64,000 bases of DNA, from positions 252,013 to 316,012 of the IMG/VR virus record IMGVR_UViG_3300021197_001489; one strand, given 5' to 3'. This document shows, piece by piece, positions 1-10,120 of the stretch. Below the pieces are notes generated by a model. It was not told the origin of the DNA. It worked only from the letters and a program-made list of their open reading frames with translations, and did not search any database. The first letter of the stretch is position 1; each line of letters begins with the position of its first letter. A program made the translations under genes and the position numbers.

Positions 1-2
1 CA

Positions 3-290
3 ATCCCGCTTTTACAGGATCAAAGACTGCTTAACCTAGACTTTAAAATTATTGACTTTTACAAATTAAACAAGTACATTGGCTTTTCTAAAGTAACAGT
101 AGTTACTAACTCAGTTAAGCCAGGGGCCTGGCTATGTAGTAAATCCATCTACGACGACTACATGATGCTTTATCATAGTCAAGAAGAAATGGAAAGAGAA
201 TATCAGGCCTATCGAAGTATCATGATATCACACGACGAGATATCAGTTCCAGAATGGAAATTAATGGTTGACTTTTTGGATAAAAAGTAG
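3..290 (+). CDS. Partial CDS (3' end of a hypothetical protein running in from the left edge)
   Basis: Frame 3 is open from base 3 to TAG at 288-290 (IPLLQDQRLL...VDFLDKK*); not in the ORF track because its start lies outside the window. Confidence 0.6.
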   Translation: MPLLQDQRLLNLDFKIIDFYKLNKYIGFSKVTVVTNSVKPGAWLCSKSIYDDYMMLYHSQEEMEREYQAYRSIMISHDEISVPEWKLMVDFLDKK

Positions 291-336
291 TATTATAGTA
301 GTATGATTTGTTTTTATAACAACCCTCAGGTGGACC

Positions 337-1728
337 ATGATCAAATTCAACAAAGATGCGTTCAAAGCCGACGGCAGCGTAGTTGCAGCAGCAAAGTACA
401 ATGGATTACAGGTGGCCAGTGATTGGATCCGCGATCTTGAAGATGACAACAGTAGATTACACAAAGAAGGTGTAATTGAAAAAGCTCTCATAGCGGCCAG
501 ACTAGGTAGTTCTAGTGCTGAATGTTTTCTCTACAATTGTTATCTTGCATACAATCCCTATTTTACCTATAATGTAAAGCAGGTTCCGGAAACGGAAGGC
601 CTAGAGCATAGAGAAAATCCTTGGGTACAGTTTTGGGGATTGTGTGAAAGTTTGCGCACACGCACACTGACAGGACATAAAGCCCGCGACACTATTAAAA
701 TTATCAGCGAACGCTTTGACAGTGAGCAGTGGAACATGCTGGCACGTCGTGTGCTTATTAAAGATTTACGCTGTGGCATCACTGCAAAAACACTTAACAA
801 AATATTGGGCAACAGCGAATGGAAGATTCCTGTATTTGAAGTACAGCTAGCGACAGACAGCAAAGGTCATCCTAAGAAGATGACTGGCTTGTGCAGGCTT
901 GAGCCCAAGTTGGATGGCGTACGAACTATTGCTGTTGGATATCGCAATGGCACTGTGATGCTGTACAGTCGCAACGGTAAAGAGTTCTCTAACTTCCCTC
1001 ATATTGCGGAGCAAGTGAGAGCATTGGTGCAAAAACACAACTTACGCTATGACTTGGTGCTGGATGGCGAAATTGTTGGCGACAGTTTCCAACAGTTGAT
1101 GAAACATGCACACAGAAAAGATCATGTAGAAAACACTGCGGATTATCATGTTTTTGACATTATGCGCCTTCAAGAGTTAAAAGAAGGACATTGCAATCGC
1201 AATCAACACAATCGTTTGCAAGCACTTGAAGCACTAGTTTCAATGAGCGGCTTACCAAACATACATCTAACAGATGGCTTTACTGTTGATCTTTCTGATG
1301 ATAATGGCCATAAAACAATGACAGAGTATGCTGAAAAATGTGTCGCTGAAGGTTATGAAGGCATTATGATTAAACGCCTGGACGCTCCGTATGAATGTAA
1401 ACGTAGCACATTCTGGATGAAATGGAAACCAGTTATAACAGTAGACTTGGAGGTAATAGATATTGAAGAAGGCACAGGAAGAAACGAAGGGCGTCTTGGT
1501 GCGTTGGTATGCGAAGGTATTGATGATGGTCGTACTATACGGGTTAATGTTGGAAGCGGTTTGTCTGACAGTGATCGTGATAGTTATTGGGCTCGGCGCA
1601 ATGATCTAAAAGGCTACATTGTAGAAATCAAAGCAGATGCTGTTACACAAAATCAAGACGGCACATACAGTTTGCGTTTCCCACGATTTGAAAGATTCAG
1701 AGGCTTTGAACCTGGCGAGAAACTGTAA
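337..1728 (+). CDS. lig: ATP-dependent DNA ligase
   Basis: Motif I EPKLDGVR, LDGEI, EGIMIK, WMKWK and C-terminal OB-domain LRFPRF; RBS AGGTGGA upstream. Confidence 0.95.
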   Translation: MIKFNKDAFKADGSVVAAAKYNGLQVASDWIRDLEDDNSRLHKEGVIEKALIAARLGSSSAECFLYNCYLAYNPYFTYNVKQVPETEGLEHRENPWVQFWGLCESLRTRTLTGHKARDTIKIISERFDSEQWNMLARRVLIKDLRCGITAKTLNKILGNSEWKIPVFEVQLATDSKGHPKKMTGLCRLEPKLDGVRTIAVGYRNGTVMLYSRNGKEFSNFPHIAEQVRALVQKHNLRYDLVLDGEIVGDSFQQLMKHAHRKDHVENTADYHVFDIMRLQELKEGHCNRNQHNRLQALEALVSMSGLPNIHLTDGFTVDLSDDNGHKTMTEYAEKCVAEGYEGIMIKRLDAPYECKRSTFWMKWKPVITVDLEVIDIEEGTGRNEGRLGALVCEGIDDGRTIRVNVGSGLSDSDRDSYWARRNDLKGYIVEIKADAVTQNQDGTYSLRFPRFERFRGFEPGEKL

Positions 1729-1961
1729 TGCATAAAATTTGGTTCGACGTATACGATCGAAATCAATGGTACAACATTATTCGTGAATGCAAAAAATGGT
1801 TTGGCAAAGAATGGCGCGGGCAACGCGGCGTTCGGCGTAAATTGGATATGTTTCATACATTTCATCGTCCTGTTCGCATCTGGTTTTTAGTACCAGATCC
1901 GGCGTTTAAAACCTGGGTAGACTTAAAATATACGCAGTCGGACCAGAAGCAAAATAAGTAA
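1728..1961 (+). CDS. Hypothetical protein
   Basis: 77-aa ORF coupled to the ligase stop (TAATG). Confidence 0.7.
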   Translation: MHKIWFDVYDRNQWYNIIRECKKWFGKEWRGQRGVRRKLDMFHTFHRPVRIWFLVPDPAFKTWVDLKYTQSDQKQNK

Positions 1962-1968
1962 ATACATT

Positions 1969-4215
1969 ATGTTCTTAGCTTTATTAATATTAATTGTAGC
2001 ACTTAGCCTTTCAGGCATTGCTGCCTATTATAGTATAATTGGTTTGGCTGCAATCTTTGCGGCAGCAGTCATTCCAATTATAATTATGGGCGGCATACTG
2101 GAGATTGCTAAACTAACAGTGACAGTGTGGTTGCATCAACATTGGAACCGTGCAAAGTTTTTAATGAAAGCATACTTGGTGTCTGCTGTGGCTGTGCTGA
2201 TGTTTATCACATCAATGGGAATCTTTGGGTTTCTCAGTAAAAGTCATATCGAACAAACTAGTGCAGGTACAGAACAAATTGTACAAGCAGAAGTAATTGA
2301 AAATAAGATTTTAAGAGCGCAAGCAAAGCAACAGCGTTGGACTGATGAAATCGCAAGACTGCAAGCCGGTGAGACTAGTGGCAGAGTTGATGCTTTAATT
2401 GCACGTGAGCGCGAGCGTATCAAGGATGCAAGAGCAAGTCTGGCACCGCAGATTGATGCAGAAAATGCAAAGGTTCCTGGACTTAGAACACAAGCAGAAA
2501 AAGAAGTAGCGCAGCAGAACAAACGTTTGTCAGATGCACAGAGTCGCAGTGCTGAGGCTATAAAAGTTGCACAAGCAGAACTTGATAGACTGGACGCAGA
2601 TGTAAAAGCATACACCAGACAAGGGCAAGCAAAAACAGGCGCATTTGGCGGCACAACAGACATGGTTGCCAAAGGCAATGAATTACGCAAACAACAGCGA
2701 CGCCAACGTGGTAAGCTACAAGGTGATATTGACAAAGCAAAAAGTGCAGAAGTTAGTGTTGCTAGTGCAGTACAACGTGAAATAACAAAGATTAACAATC
2801 GGCTTGCAGATCAAATAAAAGAAGTAGAAGCTCGTATTGCAGATATACGCAAAACTGTAGAGCCTACCATTGCAAGTGCAAATGAAAATATTGCAAAGTA
2901 TACTACACAAGCAGGCAGTTCAAACAAGGACATTGATGTACGCATTGATGAACTAGAGAATCAAATAGATGCATTACAGCCAACTATAGATACACTGCGT
3001 GAAGATAAGTTTGTGTATGAAAAACAATATAGACAGTTTGAAGCTGAAGTAGGACCGATTAAATACATTGCTGAACTTGTGTACGGTGCCGACCCTGATC
3101 AAAACTTGCTAGAAGAAGCAGTACGTTGGGTTATTATTTTAATTGTTGCAGTTTTTGATCCACTAGCAATCATGATGCTACTTGCTGCTACTGAAACGTT
3201 TGGCTGGCGCCGCAAAGACAAGGAGAGTATTGTTGATAACACGAAAACTGAGAGCGTATTGCCGCCTGCGCCGGTTGAGGAAGCACCGTCAGGCGACCAG
3301 CAAACAGAAGAATCACCAGATGCAGCAACTGACCAATCTGGACCAGAGATTGAAGAAACTGGAGAAGCAGATAGCGCAGATAATCAGAACTCTGCGAGGG
3401 TAAAAGTACATGTCGAGCATATTGTATTACCTGCTGCAGAAGATACACCCTCTGAATCAATTATAAAAGTTCCAGACGAGCCACTCTTTCCAGAACACGG
3501 AACGCCTGAAGCAAAAGCCTTTAGCGATGATATTGTTGCAGCCGCAATGGCCAAACAGTTTGGTACCAAGGCTGACGAAACAAAGAAGATTGAAGAAGAA
3601 GTTCAGGATCAAATAATCCTTGAATTTATGCAGCCAGCAGAGGAGCTAGACAATGCCAGCGCGGATTCAGAAGTCACTACAGCAGAGCAAGAAGAGATCA
3701 CAGACCTGGGAGAACCCGGACAAACAGAACCCACAGTTGAGGAAGAAACAATTACAGATACTGAGCTTTTTGCTTGGAAAGACGAAGATGAAGGCGATCC
3801 AGAAAAAAGAGCAAAGCGAATTTGGAAACGACTGAATCCTCAAAGCACACTTAAAGAAGAAGAATACAAATTTTCTCACAAAGTAATTCCTGAAGTTCCG
3901 TGGACTCAGTATATGCGAGCAGACGATTCCGACCTAGACCAGTACACCCGTGCTGACTTTGGAACAAGGTTCCCTACACGTCCGATCAAAGGTGATACGT
4001 TTGTCAGGGTTGATTTTTTGCCAAGTAAACTTTACAAATGGAACGGCAAAAAATGGATTGAAATTGACAAAGAAAACACTGATGCATTTACCTATAACGA
4101 AGAATATATAGCACACCTCATTGAGAAACTTGGTTCTGGTGAATATGACCCTGATCTTTTAAATGATGCAGAACGAGCCCAAATCGAACAACAACTTAAA
4201 AACCAGGAGCTGTAA
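1969..4215 (+). CDS. Membrane-anchored coiled-coil protein with acidic linker
   Basis: Three N-terminal hydrophobic helices, long heptad region, a further TM ([21 protein letters not shown]), acidic linker and compact C-terminal domain; late motif GTAAATA just before ATG. Confidence 0.85.
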   Translation: MFLALLILIVALSLSGIAAYYSIIGLAAIFAAAVIPIIIMGGILEIAKLTVTVWLHQHWNRAKFLMKAYLVSAVAVLMFITSMGIFGFLSKSHIEQTSAGTEQIVQAEVIENKILRAQAKQQRWTDEIARLQAGETSGRVDALIARERERIKDARASLAPQIDAENAKVPGLRTQAEKEVAQQNKRLSDAQSRSAEAIKVAQAELDRLDADVKAYTRQGQAKTGAFGGTTDMVAKGNELRKQQRRQRGKLQGDIDKAKSAEVSVASAVQREITKINNRLADQIKEVEARIADIRKTVEPTIASANENIAKYTTQAGSSNKDIDVRIDELENQIDALQPTIDTLREDKFVYEKQYRQFEAEVGPIKYIAELVYGADPDQNLLEEAVRWVIILIVAVFDPLAIMMLLAATETFGWRRKDKESIVDNTKTESVLPPAPVEEAPSGDQQTEESPDAATDQSGPEIEETGEADSADNQNSARVKVHVEHIVLPAAEDTPSESIIKVPDEPLFPEHGTPEAKAFSDDIVAAAMAKQFGTKADETKKIEEEVQDQIILEFMQPAEELDNASADSEVTTAEQEEITDLGEPGQTEPTVEEETITDTELFAWKDEDEGDPEKRAKRIWKRLNPQSTLKEEEYKFSHKVIPEVPWTQYMRADDSDLDQYTRADFGTRFPTRPIKGDTFVRVDFLPSKLYKWNGKKWIEIDKENTDAFTYNEEYIAHLIEKLGSGEYDPDLLNDAERAQIEQQLKNQEL

Positions 4216-5423
4216 TGAGTGATGATCTCAGCAATCAATACGAAAATTGCAATTTTTGTAATAAAAGCAAGAACGACGTCAAAAAGCTCATTGTTGGGGA
4301 CAATGTAGCTATTTGTAACGAATGTGTGGATTTATGCGGAGAACTGCTTATTCAGCTAACCAACTCTACAATAAATCCTAAAGAAGACAACGACATAAAC
4401 CCTAGCGAACTCAAGGATTTTCTAGACAAATACGTGGTAGGCCAAGAAAATGCAAAAATTACACTTTCAGTGGCCGTAGCAAATCATTACAAAAGAATCA
4501 ACAACACCAATCCAGACATTGAACTTGACAAAGCTAACGTGTTATTGTTAGGACCAACTGGCTGTGGTAAAACACTGTTGGCAAAAACTGTAGCACGTTA
4601 TCTTGATGTGCCATTCACTGTTGCTGATGCGACATCAATCACGGAAGCAGGATATGTTGGTGACGATGTTGAAACATTGATTTCACGATTGTTAGGCAGC
4701 GCCAATGGTGATGTTGAACGCTGTGAAAAAGGAATTATCTTTCTCGATGAGGTAGATAAAATTGCTCGCAAAAGTGAAAATACTTCAATTACTCGTGATG
4801 TAAGTGGAGAAGGTGTACAACAAGCATTGCTTAAAATGGTTGAAGGTACTGTGTGTCGTGTACCGGTTGCTGGTGCAAATCGCAAGAATCCACAATCAGA
4901 AATGATTGAAGTTGATACCAAAAATATATTGTTTATTGCAGGCGGTGCATTTGTCGGTATCAATGATGTTATCAAACGCAGAGCAGAAGGATCAGGCATT
5001 GGATTTGGTGTTGATGTAAAAACAAATAAAGCTGCTGATCTCAAAGATCTTGAACCTGATGATCTAGTCAAGTATGGCATGATTCCTGAATTTGTAGGAC
5101 GCTTCCCAACATGGGTAGGCTTAACTGAATTAACAGTAGACCAGTTGATTTTTGTGTTAACTGAGATTCGCAATAGTTTAGTAGCACAGTACACCTATTT
5201 GTTTAAGACAGACGGTGTTGCACTGACGTTTAGTGATGCGGCACTGCAAGAAATTGCAAGTACTGCAAGCAAACGGAAAACTGGTGCAAGAAGTTTACAA
5301 GCAGAGCTTGAGCGTATACTGATGCCGCATATGTTTAGCCTAAAAGAATATGCAAAAAGCAAGATAACTGAAGTCAAAATCACCCCCGAACTAGTAAAAA
5401 CTCCACAAAAATTAGCTGCCTAA
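4215..5423 (+). CDS. clpX: ATP-dependent Clp protease ATP-binding subunit ClpX
   Basis: C4 zinc finger (CNFC...CNEC), Walker A GPTGCGKT, Walker [26 protein letters not shown] loop (GIGFG), TGARSL. Confidence 0.97.
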   Translation: MSDDLSNQYENCNFCNKSKNDVKKLIVGDNVAICNECVDLCGELLIQLTNSTINPKEDNDINPSELKDFLDKYVVGQENAKITLSVAVANHYKRINNTNPDIELDKANVLLLGPTGCGKTLLAKTVARYLDVPFTVADATSITEAGYVGDDVETLISRLLGSANGDVERCEKGIIFLDEVDKIARKSENTSITRDVSGEGVQQALLKMVEGTVCRVPVAGANRKNPQSEMIEVDTKNILFIAGGAFVGINDVIKRRAEGSGIGFGVDVKTNKAADLKDLEPDDLVKYGMIPEFVGRFPTWVGLTELTVDQLIFVLTEIRNSLVAQYTYLFKTDGVALTFSDAALQEIASTASKRKTGARSLQAELERILMPHMFSLKEYAKSKITEVKITPELVKTPQKLAA

Positions 5424-5436
5424 ATAAAGAAAAAGG

Positions 5437-5470
5437 TTGACCTTTCTGTTTAATCTGTTATAATGTATAT
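5437..5470 (+). promoter_or_regulatory. Sigma70-like early promoter, ACAGTTAG family
   Basis: TTGACC-N16-TATAAT with TG extension, followed by GTATATAACAGTTAG. Confidence 0.8.
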
Positions 5471-5481
5471 AACAGTTAGGA

Positions 5482-5694
5482 ATGAGTCATATGATGCCAG
5501 TACATTTTATAGGTGTAGCACAAGATCAGTTTGTTAGCGCAGTTCGCGTATTTGGCGAGCCTGATTTTGTACACAAATGGCATGATTATCGCAGTCATGG
5601 AGACATAGACTGGGACAGTGATACAGTTGTTCTAGGCGACAAAGGTCGCACAACCCCTTGCAAATGGAGCTGGCAAGATCATGAACTATACTAA
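5482..5694 (+). CDS. Small hypothetical protein
   Basis: 70-aa ORF directly after the early promoter. Confidence 0.75.
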   Translation: MSHMMPVHFIGVAQDQFVSAVRVFGEPDFVHKWHDYRSHGDIDWDSDTVVLGDKGRTTPCKWSWQDHELY

Positions 5695-8008
5695 AATTAC
5701 ACTTGGACTAATGGCATGTACAGCACTGAGTGCTTGTGGCGGCGGCTCAGGTGGCGGTGGGCCAGTAGTTGGTGGCCCACCTAGTAGTCAATATTATACA
5801 ACACCTGTAGCGCAAGGCACAGTTGATCCGTTGGCAGGTGCTGCTGAAAATGCAGCATTTGTTGGCGACACATTTATCACTGATTTAGATGGTGATGGAG
5901 CTACTGACGACATTGTAATGGCAGGCAGACAAACACAGCCTGTATCAGCAGCAAATATTCGTGATAGCAGACTGAGCGTACACTCGTTTGAGAATGGACA
6001 ATTGGTTGATAAAACTGCACAGTGGTTTTCAGGAACTGACAATGTAATAATGGGCACAGAGCCTGACGTGCAATTTAGAGATTTCTTTAAGACAGGCAAA
6101 CAGGATATGTTTGTATCGCACAGCACTGATATGCAACACTACGGTCCAGCTACATTTTTCCGCAACAATGGCAGCAACTTTACAAAAGTATCAATCCCTA
6201 CAGTAGGTATTTGGTCACATGGCAGTGATGTTGGCGATCTCAACAACGACAGCTATGATGACATTATCATGCTGGACTATGGACCAAACTCAACTATTGC
6301 ACTGAACAATACTGTAGATGGATTTACAACATATGTTGATCCACGTGGTCGTAACGGCCATTTTAAAAGTGGAGGATCAGGTGTTGCCATTGGTAATTTT
6401 ATGAATGATGGCGGCAACAATGAAATTATTGTAAGTGACGGTGCGTGTCCATTGCAGTATCTCAATGTTGTTGGATGCGACAATGCAAATAGAACCAAAA
6501 TGTTCAGTGTGGATTTTACTGGCGGTACGTTAACATACACATTTATTAAAGATCTACCATCAGGCGCAAATGCAGCAAACGTCGATCACCATGTGAGAGT
6601 TGTTAATCATGATTACAACGAAGATGGCAATGCTGATGTGATTGTGTTCTCTCGGACAAGTAGCTCTTGGAGTACAGAACTTAGCGAGATACAGTTTTTG
6701 CAAAATGACGGTAGCGGTAACTTCACTGACACTACAGCAGATACACTGATTGGATATAAAACTGATACAGCTAGTACTTACAAGCCAAAATTCTTTGATA
6801 TCAATGGCGATGGAAAAACTGATATACTGGTAAGTGGTACAGAGTTCGAAGGTAATGGTGGCGGATATAACAGTCATCAGTTTTTGCTAAAAACAGCCGA
6901 TAACAAATATATTGCTGCTCATCAAAATATTCTAAAAAACTTTATGAACGATGTTGAAAGCATTGCAACGGGCAACGTCAGTGGCTCAAGTGTTAACATC
7001 TTTCAAGGTGATGATGGTAACCAGTATCTTGTAACATGGGCTAGCACGTCTAGTGTGAGTAGTGACACAAAACTTACACTGTTTATGAGTCGTCTTGATG
7101 ATAGTGCAACCACTATCAGTGCTGGAACTGCGGTAACTATGTTGCAAAATGCTTGGCCGTACCTAAGTGATGCACAAGCAACACAGGCACTGCTCGATAC
7201 TAGCACAAGTTTTGCTGGTGGCAATATCATTGATATGAACCGTGCGTATCAGCCAATTGGTAACTTGGCAATGGGAGGCTTGGACTTAACTGGCTCAATC
7301 ACAGGCTTTGATATTGGCAACATTACAGGAATGGCAACTGACAGCCTTGGACGCGGTTACGGTATAGATCTTGCCCAGGCAAACATTGTGAACACAGGCA
7401 CTGCTATGTACAACAGTATTGACACAGTGCGCAACGCCTACACTGACGGCGAAGTACACTTTGGTGCAGACAGCGACACACAGCAATGGACAGTGGGCAA
7501 CAGCTATTATAAAAATGGTAACGTAGATGTTAGCATGCACATGACACAGTTGAACAGCAACCCTTGGATTGGTTTTAGCGGTGTATGGGGCGATGTTAAA
7601 AACGCCAGCATCATTGACAATGTTGTTACCTACAAGCAGGACAATGTCACACTAAAAGGCAGTGTAATGCATGTGAGTACAAACTTTACGCCAGGACTGA
7701 TCACAGATGTATCCAAGCAAACAGGTGCATGGGCTGAAGCCAGTTACAGTGACGGCGGGTTCCGTGCAGATGTTGGTGTACATCCTGTTATGTTGTCAGG
7801 GTCGGTAACGGCAAACGTTCCAACCAGCATTGACAATACAGGGACAACACACTATACAAACTACAAGTTTGCTTTGCCTAGTAACATTAATGGTTACATT
7901 CGCAGCCAATACAGCACTCCACTTAAACTAGGCAAGTTGAATGTAGCAGCCGCAGTTAGTCAAACAGGGCAGCAAACTACTAGTGTTGAATATTTCTTTA
8001 AATGGTAA
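5681..8008 (+). CDS. Lipoprotein with FG-GAP/VCBS-like repeats and probable C-terminal beta-barrel
   Basis: Lipobox-like ALSA-C followed by GGGSGGGG; repeated DLDGDG, DLNNDSYDD, DYNEDGNADV, DINGDGKTDI motifs; amphipathic C-terminal strands ending in EYFFKW. Confidence 0.75.
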   Translation: MNYTKITLGLMACTALSACGGGSGGGGPVVGGPPSSQYYTTPVAQGTVDPLAGAAENAAFVGDTFITDLDGDGATDDIVMAGRQTQPVSAANIRDSRLSVHSFENGQLVDKTAQWFSGTDNVIMGTEPDVQFRDFFKTGKQDMFVSHSTDMQHYGPATFFRNNGSNFTKVSIPTVGIWSHGSDVGDLNNDSYDDIIMLDYGPNSTIALNNTVDGFTTYVDPRGRNGHFKSGGSGVAIGNFMNDGGNNEIIVSDGACPLQYLNVVGCDNANRTKMFSVDFTGGTLTYTFIKDLPSGANAANVDHHVRVVNHDYNEDGNADVIVFSRTSSSWSTELSEIQFLQNDGSGNFTDTTADTLIGYKTDTASTYKPKFFDINGDGKTDILVSGTEFEGNGGGYNSHQFLLKTADNKYIAAHQNILKNFMNDVESIATGNVSGSSVNIFQGDDGNQYLVTWASTSSVSSDTKLTLFMSRLDDSATTISAGTAVTMLQNAWPYLSDAQATQALLDTSTSFAGGNIIDMNRAYQPIGNLAMGGLDLTGSITGFDIGNITGMATDSLGRGYGIDLAQANIVNTGTAMYNSIDTVRNAYTDGEVHFGADSDTQQWTVGNSYYKNGNVDVSMHMTQLNSNPWIGFSGVWGDVKNASIIDNVVTYKQDNVTLKGSVMHVSTNFTPGLITDVSKQTGAWAEASYSDGGFRADVGVHPVMLSGSVTANVPTSIDNTGTTHYTNYKFALPSNINGYIRSQYSTPLKLGKLNVAAAVSQTGQQTTSVEYFFKW

Positions 8009-8016
8009 AAAGAAAG

Positions 8017-8047
8017 TTGACAAAGGGGTAGTTTTCCTGTATAAATA
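8017..8047 (+). promoter_or_regulatory. Overlapping sigma70-like and late promoters for hsp20
   Basis: TTGACA-N17-TATAAA; the -10 region also reads TATAAATA (T4 late consensus). Confidence 0.75.
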
Positions 8048-8050
8048 ATA

Positions 8051-8100
8051 TTGTAAGTTGCTTAACAGGACTTACAATTTAAATCTTGCTTTTAAAGGAG
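8051..8100 (+). promoter_or_regulatory. Structured 5' leader with ROSE-like RBS hairpin
   Basis: TTGTAAGT/ACTTACAA stem (8051-8077), then CTTGCT-TTTAA-AGGAG (8085-8100) pairing over the SD. Confidence 0.55.
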
Positions 8101-8107
8101 AAACAAA

Positions 8108-8581
8108 ATGACAAGACTAACCTCACTAGACCTCACACCATTTTATCGTAACGCAGTTGGATTTGATTCACTGTTTGATCGTATGACTGCCAACATTGAT
8201 ATGGCTGCATCAAGTGGTGGGCAAAACTATCCACCCTATGATATCATTCGTACCGGTGACGAAACCTACAGAATTCAAATTGCTGTTGCAGGTTTCCAAC
8301 TAGCTGATATCAAGATCGAACTAGAAAATGGCACATTGAATATTACAGGGCACCAATACAAGCCAGACGTTTCAAAAGAAGACGGCGGGCAGCTTGCTAA
8401 CAATGAAGAGTATCTGCACAGAGGAATTTCAAACAGAAACTTCCATCGATCATTTAATTTAGCAGACTACGTCGAAGTTAAAGGTGCGACCATTAAGGAT
8501 GGGATACTCAAAATTGAACTTGAAAGAGTTATTCCTGAGGTAATGAAACCTAAAACCATTGAAATTAAGCACGAATCCTAA
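8108..8581 (+). CDS. hsp20: Small heat-shock protein (Hsp20/IbpA family)
   Basis: YPPYDI, IAVAGF, YLHRGISNRNFHRSFNLA, GILKIEL, PEVMKPKTI. Confidence 0.95.
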   Translation: MTRLTSLDLTPFYRNAVGFDSLFDRMTANIDMAASSGGQNYPPYDIIRTGDETYRIQIAVAGFQLADIKIELENGTLNITGHQYKPDVSKEDGGQLANNEEYLHRGISNRNFHRSFNLADYVEVKGATIKDGILKIELERVIPEVMKPKTIEIKHES

Positions 8582-8589
8582 AACTTCAG

Positions 8590-8631
8590 ATAAGTACAAG
8601 TATGCAGAGGGTAATCCTCTGCGTACAGTAC
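8590..8631 (+). promoter_or_regulatory. Late-type promoter (ATAAGTA) and 11-bp leader hairpin for clpS
   Basis: ATAAGTA at 8590-8596; GTATGCAGAGG-GTAAT-CCTCTGCGTAC stem-loop at 8600-8626 without a U-tract. Confidence 0.55.
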
Positions 8632-8643
8632 AGAGAGAAAACA

Positions 8644-8949
8644 ATGAGCGAAGCAGAAACAAAAACTAAAGTTAGCATCAATGAGCAACTCAAAGAGCCT
8701 AGTTTGTTTAAACTTATCTACGTCAACGACAACGAAACTGCTATGGAGTTTGTGGTTGAATCATTGGTAGAGATATTTGATTATGCACCTACAACCGCTG
8801 AAAATTTGACTATTCGTGTACACGAAGAAGGTTCAGCTACAGTAGCAGTGTTGCCATTTGAGATGGCCGAACAAAAAGGTATTGAAGTTACAGTAAGTGC
8901 TAGAGGCGCAGGCTACCCACTTCAGGTCAAACTAGAACCAGAAGTTTAG
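8644..8949 (+). CDS. clpS: Clp protease adaptor ClpS
   Basis: KLIYVNDNETAMEFVV, VHEEGSATV, AEQK, YPLQVKLEP; start placed at ATG 8644. Confidence 0.9.
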   Translation: MSEAETKTKVSINEQLKEPSLFKLIYVNDNETAMEFVVESLVEIFDYAPTTAENLTIRVHEEGSATVAVLPFEMAEQKGIEVTVSARGAGYPLQVKLEPEV

Positions 8950-9734
8950 TCGATTACAATACGTTTTGGATAATAAACATGCTTGCACCAATCGGTGCCA
9001 GCTCTTCCCCTGGCATTGTTTGTATATCGTATGCCATTTATAATTGTATCAACATCACTGTGATAATGTCCAAACACCCAAGTATGTACTTTGTGTTCGT
9101 GATCTTCTTCTAAACACCTGGTAAGAAAACTATTACCAGTACAATTTAAACTGTGCGAACCTTCCAATGCTACATCATGTCTAACTAAATTTACATCAGG
9201 AACAAAATGAGATACCAGAACGATATGCTTAATATCAACATGAGTCTGTAACTTTTCGACTGTTTTACACAGAAATCCAGCATCACTCATGGCCATTGCT
9301 TCGATGTTTTGTCCAGCAAACATATCAATGCCATAGCGTTCTTCAAACCAACGTTTGCTATCAGCATAAGAAAGGTCATTATCAAAGTCGAAGTTGGTCC
9401 AACCGTTGGTACCAACAAATGCCACACCATCGATTATCAGTGTGTTATCTTGCAACCAAATAACATCCGGAATGTTTTCTATTTCTTTGTGTAGTGTTTT
9501 ATAACTGTCAGCAAGGTCATGCATTGTCCAACGGTGTTCGTCATTGCCGTCAACATACATTACAACTTTGTAATGATTGGTAAGCTCTTCCAGCACTGGG
9601 CATAAGTCTGCACGTTCTCTGCTGATATCACCAGCAACAACAGCATACAAACTGGTGGCTTTGCCTTCCCAGCTAAACGGTTCATCCCATGTATCAACAT
9701 GTAGATCAGAAATTAAATCGAAGGTTATGTTCAT
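8946..9734 (-). CDS. Calcineurin-like metallophosphoesterase
   Basis: ISDLH, VAGDI, DGNDEH, SHFVP, FGHYH metal-binding motifs. Confidence 0.88.
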   Translation of the reverse strand: MNITFDLISDLHVDTWDEPFSWEGKATSLYAVVAGDISRERADLCPVLEELTNHYKVVMYVDGNDEHRWTMHDLADSYKTLHKEIENIPDVIWLQDNTLIIDGVAFVGTNGWTNFDFDNDLSYADSKRWFEERYGIDMFAGQNIEAMAMSDAGFLCKTVEKLQTHVDIKHIVLVSHFVPDVNLVRHDVALEGSHSLNCTGNSFLTRCLEEDHEHKVHTWVFGHYHSDVDTIINGIRYTNNARGRAGTDWCKHVYYPKRIVID

Positions 9735-9763
9735 ATCATAACTACTTACACAAGGAGACAAGC

Positions 9764-10111
9764 ATGCATATTATTCTTGGCGAAGAAGCCGCTGCACCAA
9801 TGAGAAGCAAGTATACAGTGTTACCACTTGATGATATGAAGGTGGGCGATGCACCTGTATTAACTGCTTATTGCATAGTAGAAAATCTTCCAGTAACTGA
9901 ACTAGAACAACTAGAGCACACAGTAAATTTACACAACAAGTTGGTTGAAAATTACAAAAAACCAGACTTTGGTTTTTGTGAGCAAGCACTGGATCATCTT
10001 AAAGGCAAATGGGGCAAGCAACTTGACAGTTTCTATGATGTTCTAAGCGATCGCATTGGCAAATACAAAGACACAGATTTGTCAAATTGGGATCCAGTAC
10101 TTTACAAATAG
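9764..10111 (+). CDS. Hypothetical protein resembling the helical C-terminal domain of class III adenylate cyclases
   Basis: RBS AAGGAG; H..L..NY...F..C.QAL..L.GKW...LDSFY....RI...WD pattern; the family call is recalled, not searched. Confidence 0.55.
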   Translation: MHIILGEEAAAPMRSKYTVLPLDDMKVGDAPVLTAYCIVENLPVTELEQLEHTVNLHNKLVENYKKPDFGFCEQALDHLKGKWGKQLDSFYDVLSDRIGKYKDTDLSNWDPVLYK

Positions 10112-10120
10112 GAGAATAAC

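Noticed and set aside
2244-5383. Antisense ORFs 2244..2798 and 4598..5194
   Set aside because: Fully nested opposite well-supported genes; shadow ORFs.
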